From NCBI RefSeq assembly GCF_009914755.1, contig NC_060930.1: DNA of 64,000 bases; one strand, given 5' to 3'. The translations under genes were made by a program, and so were the position numbers. Below are positions 55,250 through 64,000 of this stretch, one piece after another (position 1 is the stretch's first letter; each line of letters starts with the position of its first letter). Source of the DNA: the human T2T-CHM13v2.0 reference genome, Homo sapiens. Under the pieces are notes generated by a model. That model had not been told where the DNA came from. It ran no database searches and was given only the letters and a program-made list of their open reading frames with translations.

Positions 55250-57000
55250 ATTTGGAGTCACTATGTTTTAGCCCCATTTTATTATAGACAGTTTTAAATA
55301 CTCCCTGCCTTAAAAATAAAAGTATTCCTCTTTGTGTTCTCCTACCTTTACTCCAACTTTTTCAATTAACTATGTAATTTTCCTTTCTCAAAATTTTTAG
55401 TACTGACTTTATACTTTTTAATCCAATTTCCTCAAGTTGTTTTGTCTCCATTCGATACTTAAAAGCTCGCTACTTTAGATTTTTATTGCTATGTAACAAA
55501 TCAACACAAATTTAGTAGCTTGAGACAGCACACATTTATTATCTAGCATTTTCCATGGGTCAATTGTCCATATGTGGTTTGGGTTCAGAGTTTCACAAGA
55601 CTGAAATCCAGGTTTGGCTGCCTAAGTACTCTTCCAAGCTCAACTATTATTGGCAAAATTCAGTTTCTTATGATTGTAGAACATGGCTCCCTATTATCCT
55701 GCTAGGGGTTGCCCAGAAACCAGGCACTCTTTTCCATAGGCAGATCCTAACATGTTTGTTTCCTTTCTTTCAGCTCAGCAGAACATGTCTCTGCAACTGC
55801 ATATTCTTTAAAGGGTACCCCTGATTAAGTTAGGCCCACTCAGTTCATCTCTCTTTTGATTAACTCAAGGCCAACTCATTAGTAACCTAATCAAGGAAGA
55901 GATATCCGATCTCATTTAATAGTGCCACCCACACTCAAGGGCAAGTGATTACATAAAGCATCTAAACCTAGTAAGGAGAATATCGAGGGCAATGTTAGAA
56001 TTCTGCCTACTACACTCATTTCAAATTTGTTTTATTCCTGACTCCTCATTTGATTCACTTATTGATTACTTGAACTTCATCAATAAGTAGTTATTTCAAG
56101 AAAATATTATAGGAGTTATAATCCCTGAGTTCTTTCTTGCCTAAGAATGTCTGTCAGGTGTTGCTTTTACTATAATGGCTCAGCCAAAAAATATTCTTAG
56201 ATGATTTTTGTTTTCCCTCAGAATTTTATATACTTTCCAGATGATACTGAAAGTTGTTGTGGAGAAATCTGTGATATTTATTATTTCCTGCTTCCCACTC
56301 ATTGCAGGAGACAGGACTTTTTTCCTGCCTAGATGTCTAGAGAAGTCTTTCTTTTTTGAAGTTTATAATCTACCTAGGATATGTTTTAATATTTGTCTTA
56401 ATTTGGGAGTATTTCCTCCTTGTATAGTTCTTAACAGTTTTTCTCTTCCATTAACTAGATTCGCTCCTCCAAGAATAGCAATTGTTGTTACACTACATCA
56501 TCTGTGGCCTCAAATCTGTCAACCTTCTGTAATTTTAAAAATTTCTTTGTTTACTTTTCTTCATTGAGTTTATTATGCTGTCTTTCCCCCAGAAGAGAAA
56601 TTCAATATTTTACTCTCTCTTTCCTGACTCTTCTTGTTTCTAATTTATTTATTAGAGCTATAAATGTTGATATTTTGAACTTGGTTTGTCTTACTAGCAC
56701 AGAAATTTCCCTTTTCATTTTATGCTTGTTTAGTGCCTTGTCTACGACCTGTTGTTTTATTGATTTTGTATTTTTATTAAGTTCTTTATAGCTCAAAACC
56801 TACTTGGAAAGTTTTATTCTCTTTCTTGGACAATATATTTTCCCTACTGGGTACTTCATTTGTCTTGCATTGCTACATTCCTTTTACCCACTGTTTTGCC
56901 ATGTTTATTTAGTTGCTGTCCATTTTTAAAAGCCTTGCTATTGGTAACAAATGTATTTCTAATATGGGTGTTAATTTTCTCTGACATAGTGAGGGTGAAA
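55250..57000 (-). mobile_element. HAL1/L1M ORF1-like relic (interrupted by MLT1E)
   Basis: tccctgagttctttc...aatattctt...ttttccctcagaatttt...gttgttgtggagaaatctg is typical antisense HAL1/L1 ORF1. Confidence 0.5.
55470..56013 (-). mobile_element. MLT1E-like MaLR LTR
   Basis: tattgctatgtaacaaat...ttttgattaactcaag...cccacactcaaggg...ttagaattctgcctactaca. Confidence 0.8.
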
Positions 57001-58109
57001 TATTTTTGACACTGTCACAATTTATCCAAACTACAGATTCAGGACAGGATCATGTTTTCTATCCATTAATCTGCATTGTGAGAGTTTGTTGTGTTGGAAA
57101 GGGGAGGGGAACACCTGAAAATTACAGCACCACTTCTAAAAAATAACTGCCCTATTTTACCGTTGGAATTTTTTTTGAATGTCCTATAAATAACATAATC
57201 CATACAACCAGGGGTATTTCCTGCTCTGAAAATCTTTGCCTCGTTGGAAAAGGAAATTTCCTAGAGAACATTTTTAGTTCTACTGAGATCCTGTTCTCAA
57301 GGGCTTCATTGTGACTTTTCCCTACACTGTCTATCACAGTCACAGTCGTCATCTCTCCAGACTGGAGCTCTCAGAAATACCAGAATTTTGTCAGCTCACC
57401 TTCTATTTTCAATTACCTTTCTGGCATGAGGATTGGGGTGACAGCAAAATTAGGAGCTGCTTTGATATATAATCTTCTGTTTTGATATAGAATCTTCTGT
57501 TTCTTTCCCTTGGCCTTCGTTTTTCAAAGTTTATAGCATAACATTTTACCACTTTGTATTCACTATATGTTAGGAAGGCTGAAATCTGTGATGAAGCTTT
57601 GCTCAGCCATCCTTACCTAAAAGTTTCCATTCCTTCATATTTTAAAAAGCAGAATTAAAATATTGAAAACATCTAAATATCTAAGTGTCACTAGTTAGAA
57701 AATTGCTAGATACACATGTAGCCATAGAAGTATGAGTAGGAAGAAATACTCATGGGTTGATAGGAAAAGATCTCCAGGGTTCAGTGTTAGGTGGAATAGG
57801 AGAAATACAGAACATAGTGCATAATAAGCTTTGTGTCAAAAAGGGAGGTGGCTTAAAGATGGTATGCTGATGTGCTAATATATGCTTAAGTATCTCTGGA
57901 AAGATGCACAAGTGATTAATGGGGATGGAAGACTTTATATTGTACACTACATACTATTTTGAATTTTGTACATATGAATGCCTATTCAAAAAATTTTTGA
58001 GTTAATTTTTTGAAAATATGCATTATTGTTGCATTTATTGTATTCTAGAGCCTGCTAAAGTTGTCTTAATTTCTTAATTTCTCTTCAACCTCAAGCAAAA
58101 TGTTAAATT

Positions 58110-58245
58110 AGGAGCCCACCCTACTCAAGCATGACTTCATCATAATTAATTACATCTGTAATAAACTTATATCCAAATAAGTTCACATTGTGAGGTGCTG
58201 GGAGTTAGGACTTCAACATATCTGTTTTTGAGTGGGGGATACAGT
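58110..58245 (-). mobile_element. MLT1A/B LTR fragment
   Basis: cccaccctactcaagcatgacttcatc...aattacatctg...tccaaataagttcacattgtgaggtgctgggagttaggacttcaacatat. Confidence 0.8.
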
Positions 58246-58499
58246 TTTTTTTGGTGGCGGATAAACATAAAGCCAGACATAAAAATACTAGCATTGTTAT
58301 GATTCCTCTAACACTGCAGCAATTCTCTTATTAGACAAAACACTGTCATTTGTAAAGCCTTTCAACCATATATTTGTGGCTCACCAAGAAACCGCTTTTA
58401 AAAAGAATTTACTTAATGTTGAAAAGATCTCAAATAAAATTTATAAAACATTTATAAGGGATCATGTATATGTCAACCAGGTTAAGAAAGAAGAAATTA

Positions 58500-60460
58500 T
58501 TATTTTGAAGGCTCTTATGTATTTCTTCCTAAAGCCATTCACTTTCATTTCATCTTCTTTGATGAAACTGCTATTCTGAACTTAGGTTTACCATAAATTT
58601 GTGTTGTTTAGTTTTGCATGTTTTGTGAAGTTTGTGTTAATTTACTTACTCTCTTTATAATCTTCTTGCTTCTTTTGCCCAAGACTACGCTTCTTGCAAC
58701 CTGGCATTGTTTACGGATGCCATTTAGGTTTCTCCTTCTATAAAGTGCTTAAGGTTTTTGCCTAGTTTTAGTAGATTATTTGTCTGTCTCTTACTGATTT
58801 CTTAAGTACTTTATATGTTCTTAATGCCAATCATTTATCAAATATTTTTGCTGAAAATATTGTCTTCTAATTTGTAAATTATCTTATCACTATAGTATTA
58901 ATAAACATGTTTTATTTTGTCATTAAATTTATCAAGCTTTTTCTTATATGATCTCTGCTGACTGTGTATGTGTGTGTACATATGTTTAAGAAATTTTTTC
59001 TTTACCTTGCTAAAAATATACATCTATATTGTTTAAAAAATATTATTCTATATTGTTTATAAAAGTTCATAGCTTGCCTTTTACATCTAGGTCTTTAAGA
59101 CAGAGATTATTTTTTGTACATAATAAGAGGTAGAATTCCAACTCCATTTTTTATTCCATATAGATGATTATGTGTTCTAACTTCTTTTAATCAAGTGTTT
59201 TCCCAGTAGTTTGCGTAAATTATGTTTCTGTTGTTTGTGTGTTTCTATGCTCTCTCCTCATTTTACTACCTAATTTGTCTATTTCTTTATCATTCAACTA
59301 CTGTATTAATTACTGCAGTAATAAATTCTTGATATATGAAAAGGCAAGTCTCCTCACTTTGTTCTATTTCCTGATTAATTGCTTGTTCTTTATTCTTTGC
59401 TCATCCATATACATTTTCAAATGAGTTAATCAAATTATACATACGCACAGGCTTGTTAAAATATTTATTAGAATTACTTAAATCTGTTATTACAACAACT
59501 GAGACTTTTAATCAATGAACATGATATATATTTCCATCATTTGGTACTTTTTCAATATTTTCAATATGTTTTATTATTTTATCCATTAAGAGCATGCATA
59601 GCTTCTCTTTAGTTATTCTCACATACTTTATGTTCTTTGTATTGTTACTGTGATTACCTGTTTTGGCATGTACGTAAATGTGACTGATTTGTAGATATTG
59701 ATGTTCTTTAGCCAAAAAGGTTGCTAAATTCTGTGATTATTTTATAATACATTTGTATTGATATATTCATAGTGATGTTTAACATAAACAATCATATCAT
59801 GAAAATAAGGATTTTTTAAATTTTTCTAATTATCACCTATTTTATTTCTTTTTTGCCTTATTATCCTAACAGAGCCTGCCAGAGGTTTATGTACAATTTT
59901 GAAAAGTGGACACGGTCATCTTTGTCTTATTCCTGATATTAGAAAGAACATTTTCAAAGTTTAACAGTTAATTATGATGCTTGCTACAGGATTTTGTTTT
60001 AGTATATTCCTAGTTTACTACAAATTTTTATCATAAATCAACCTTGATTTTACAAATACTTCTGCCTTTCCTGAATGATTTATATGGGGTTCTCCTTTAG
60101 TCTGCTGGTGTAATTATATTGATTGATTGTTAAATGCTAAACCAAAGTTGCATTACAAGATGTTCCCAATATGCTTATGATATGTTATCTTTTTACATAA
60201 TTCAGAATTTGGTTTCCTAATGTGTTGTTTAAAATTTTTGCAACAAAAATGCATTTTAGCACTTTTCCTTCTACTACCTTTTTTATTTGTTGGTATCAAA
60301 GTCATTGTAGACACATAAAATGGGGAGAGTTTCTTCTCTTTCCATATTGCATAAAATATTCTTGACTGTTTTGTATTTAATATTATTTTTCCATTAAATG
60401 GTTGGGTACACAATAATAATCTAGTGACTGGAAGTTATTTTACTTCTTTGTTTCTGTGAA
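58500..60460 (-). mobile_element. Old L1ME/L1M5 ORF2 relic
   Basis: T-rich antisense ORF2-like stretches (catctttgtcttattcctgatattagaaag; ttatgatgcttgctacagg). Confidence 0.65.
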
Positions 60461-60467
60461 AATATGT

Positions 60468-63400
60468 TTATTTATTATTTTCTTTATTTCAAACTTTTAT
60501 TTTAACTTCAGGGGTACATGTGCAGGATGTGCAGGTTTGTTAAATATTTAAACCTGTGCCATAGTGATTAGCTGCACAGACCATATCATCACCTAGGTAT
60601 TAAGCCCAGCATCCATTAGCTATTCTTCCTGATTCCTGATGCTCTTCCTCCTCCCACCCACCATGCTCTGACAGGCCCCAGTGTGTCTTGTTCCCTTCCA
60701 TGTGTCCATATGTTCTCATCATTCAGTTCCCACTTATAAGTGTGAACATGCTGCATTTGGTTTTCTGTTAGTGTGTTAGTTTCGTGAGGATAATGGCCTC
60801 CAGCTCCATCCACGTACCGAAAAAAAAAAAAACATGATCTCATTCCGTATTACAGCTGAACATCATTCTATCATGTAAATGTACCACATTTTCTTTATCC
60901 ACTCTATTATTGATGGGCATTTAGGTTAATTCCATCTTTGCTATTGTGAATAGTGTTGCAATGAACATACACGTGCATGTGTCTTTATAATAGAATGATT
61001 TATATTCATTTGGGTATACACCCAGGAATGGGATTGCTGGGTCAAATGGTATTTCTGCCTCTAGGTCTTTGAGAAATCACCACACTGTCTTCCACAACAG
61101 TTGAACTAATTTACACTCCCACCAACAGTGTAAAAGCATTCATTTTTCTCCACAACCTCGCCAGCATCTGTTGTCTTCTGTTTCATAATAGTCATTCTGA
61201 CTGATGTGAAATGATGTCTCATTGTGGTTTTAATTTGCGTTTCTCTAGTGATAGTGATGTTGAGCTTTTTTTCATATGTTTGTTGACCACATGTATGTCT
61301 TCTTTTGAGAAGGGTTTGTTCATGTCCTTTGCCCACTCTTTGATGTGGTTGTTTGATTTTTTTCTTGTAAATTTGTTTAAGTTCTTTGTAGATGCTGAAT
61401 ATTAGACCTTTGCCAGAAGGGTAGATTGCAAAAAGTTTCTCCCATTATGTAGGTTGTCTGTTCACTCTGATGATAGTTTCTTTTGCTGTGCAGAAGCTCT
61501 TTAGTTTACTTAGATCCCATTTGTTAATTTTTGCTTTTGTTGCAATTGCTTTTGGCATCTTTGTCATGAAATCTTTGCTTGTGCCTATGTCCTCAGTGGT
61601 ATTGCCTAGATTTTCTTCTAGGGTTTTATAGTTTGGGGTTTTACATTTAAGTCTTAAATCCATTGTGAGTTGATTTTTTTATATGGTGTCAGGAAAGGGT
61701 CCAGTTTCAATTTTCTGCATATGGCTACTCAGTTCTCTCAGCACAATTTATTAAACAGGAAATCCTTTCCCCATTGTTTGTTTTTGTCAGGTTTATCGAA
61801 GATCACATGGTTGTATGTGTGCAGTCTTATTTCTGGGTTCTCTATGCTGTTCCATTGGTTCATGTGTCTGTTATTGTAGCAGTTCTTATTTTGGTTACTG
61901 TAGCCTTGTAGTATAGTTTGAAGTCAGGTAGTGTGATGCCTCCAGCTTTGTTCTTTCTCGTAAGATTGTCTTGGCTGTTTGAGCTCTTTCTTGGTTCCAT
62001 ATGAATTTTAAAATAGCTTTTATTTTCTAATTCTGTGAAGAATGTCAATGGTAGTTTAATGTGGGTAGCACTGAATTTATAAAATGCTGTGGGCAGTATG
62101 GCCATTTTCACAATATTGATTCTTCCTATCTGTGAACATGGAATGTTTTTTCATTTGTTTGTGTCATCTCTGATTTCTTTAAGCAGTGCTTTGTAGTTAT
62201 CCTTGAAGAGCTCCTTCACTTCCTTTGTTAGCTGTATTCCTGGGTAGTTTATTCCCTTTGGGCAATTGTGAATGGGAGTTCATTCATGATTTGGCTCTCA
62301 GCTTGCCTGTTATTTGTGTATAAGAATGCTAGAAAACTTTGCACATTGATTTTGTATTCTGAGAATTTACTGAAGTTGCTTATCAGCTTAAGATGCTTTT
62401 TGACTGAGACGATGAGATTTTCTAGATATAGGATCATGTCATCTACAAAGACAATTTGACTTCCTCTCTCCCTGTTTGAGTACACTTTATTACTTTCTCT
62501 TGCCTGATTGCCCCAGCCAGAACTTCCAATACTATGATGAACAGGAGTGGTGAGAGAGGGCATCCTTGTCTTGTGCCAGTTTTCAAGGGGAATACCTCCA
62601 GCTTTTGTCCATTCAGTACGATATTGGCTGTTCGTTTGTCATAGATGGCTTTTATTATTTTGAGGTATGTTCCTTCAATACCTAGTTTACTGAGAGTTTT
62701 TAACATAAAGGAATGTTGAGTTTTTTGAAAGGCCTTTTCTGTGTCTATTGAGATAATGTGGTTTTGTCTTTAGTTCTGTTTATGTGATAAATTATGCTTA
62801 TTGATTTGTATATGTTGAACCAACCTTGCAATTGGAGATGAAGCCAACTTGATTGTGGTGGATAAGCTATTTGATGTGCTGCTGGATTTGGTTTGCCAGT
62901 ATTTTGTTGAGGATTTTTCCATCGATGTTCATCAAGGACATTGGCCTGAAGTCTTCTTTATTTGTTGTATCTCTGCCAGGTTTTGGTATCAGGAGGATGT
63001 TGGCTTTACAGAATGATTTAGGGAGAAGTCCCTCCTTTTCAATTTTTTGGAATAGTTTCAGTAGGAAAGATATCTGCTCTTTTTTATACCTCTGGTATAA
63101 TTCAGCTGTGAATCCATCTGGTCCTGGGCTTTTTTTTTTTTTTTTTTTTTTTTGGCCTGGTAGGCTATTTATTATTGCCTCAATTTCAGAACTCATTATT
63201 GGTCTATTCAGGGATTGCCTCCTGGTTTAGTCTTGGGATGGTGTATGTATCCAGGAATTTATTCATTTCGTCTAGATTTTCTAGTTTATGTGCATAGAGA
63301 TGTTTACAGTATTCTCTGATGGTTGGTTGCATTTCTGTGGTGTCAGTCATAATTTCCCCCATTTCTGATGGTGTTTATTTGAATCTTTTTCTCTTTATTA

Positions 63401-64000
63401 GAGTAGCTAGTGGTCTATTTTATTAATTTAAAAAAACAGTTTCTGAAATCATTGATTTTTTGAAGAGTTTTTTGTCTCTATTTCCTTCAGTTCAGCTCTG
63501 ATCTTAGTTATTTCTTGTCTTTTGCTATCTTTGGGGTTTTTTTGTTCTTGGTTCTCTGGTTCTTTTAGTTGTGATGTTAGGTTGTTAACTTGAGATCTTT
63601 CTAGCTTTTTGATGTGGGTATTTAGTGCTATAAATTTCCCTCTTAACACTGCTTTAGCTACATCCCAGAGATTCTAATCCTAATATGTTGTCACTTTGTT
63701 CTCATTAGTTTCAAAGAACTTCCTAATTTCTACCTTAATTTTATTATTTGCCCAAGAGTCATTCAGGAGCAGGTTGTTCAGTTTCCGTGTAGCTGTGTGG
63801 TTTTGAGTGAATTTCTCAATTTTGAGCTCTAATTTCATTGCACTGTGGTCTGAGAGACTGTTATGATTTCAGTTCTTTTGTATTTGCTGAGGAATGATTT
63901 ACTTCCAATTTTGTGATCAATTTTAGAGTCAATGCTTTGCAGCAATTAGAAAAATGTATATTCTATTGTTTTGGAGTAGAGAGTTCTGTAGATATCTATC
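60468..64000 (-). mobile_element. L1PA13-like element (3'UTR plus disrupted ORF2; continues beyond the window)
   Basis: 3' end gggtacatgtgcaggatgtgcagg...cacctaggtattaagcccagcatccattagctattcttcctg; ORF2 peptides [10 protein letters not shown] and [11 protein letters not shown] with frameshifts. Confidence 0.92.

Noticed and set aside
57461-57502. 20-bp tandem duplication (similar ones at ~1519-1571 and ~38078-38120)
   Set aside because: Ordinary slippage duplications
60820-63153. Expanded A-tract (60820) and T-tract (63130) inside L1PA13
   Set aside because: Homopolymer expansion of pre-existing runs; no TSDs indicating insertions

Overview
AT-rich, Alu-poor and L1-rich primate (very probably human) non-coding genomic DNA, intronic or intergenic. 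I can support no host protein-coding gene, RNA gene or CRISPR array. The ORF-track entries I could attribute come from L1 ORF2, Alu, LTR or tandem-repeat sequence, and the rest look like chance short ORFs. The window is largely a nested fossil record of transposons: six Alus, two young 5'-inverted L1PA copies, a ~9-kb nested L1MA complex, L1PA13-like, L1MC/ME and HAL1 relics, MaLR (MLT1, THE1), ERVL (MLT2A2, LTR16) and ERV1 (MER52) LTRs, MER5A, Tigger2, MIR, L2 and CR1. The most informative structures are: (1) a twin-primed L1PA3-like insertion whose true TSDs (17241/19172) show it carried ~0.5 kb of non-L1 DNA with its own AATAAA and second poly(A), i.e. a 3' transduction; (2) a ~137-bp hairpin with no repeat family I recognise, just downstream of it; (3) a second inverted L1 with no TSD, templated junction repeats and a tail tag shared with the first; (4) two MER52 LTRs fused head-to-tail through a shared TGACA at one target site. 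Subfamily names and L1 consensus positions come from recollection of consensus sequences, and boundaries of old repeats are approximate.
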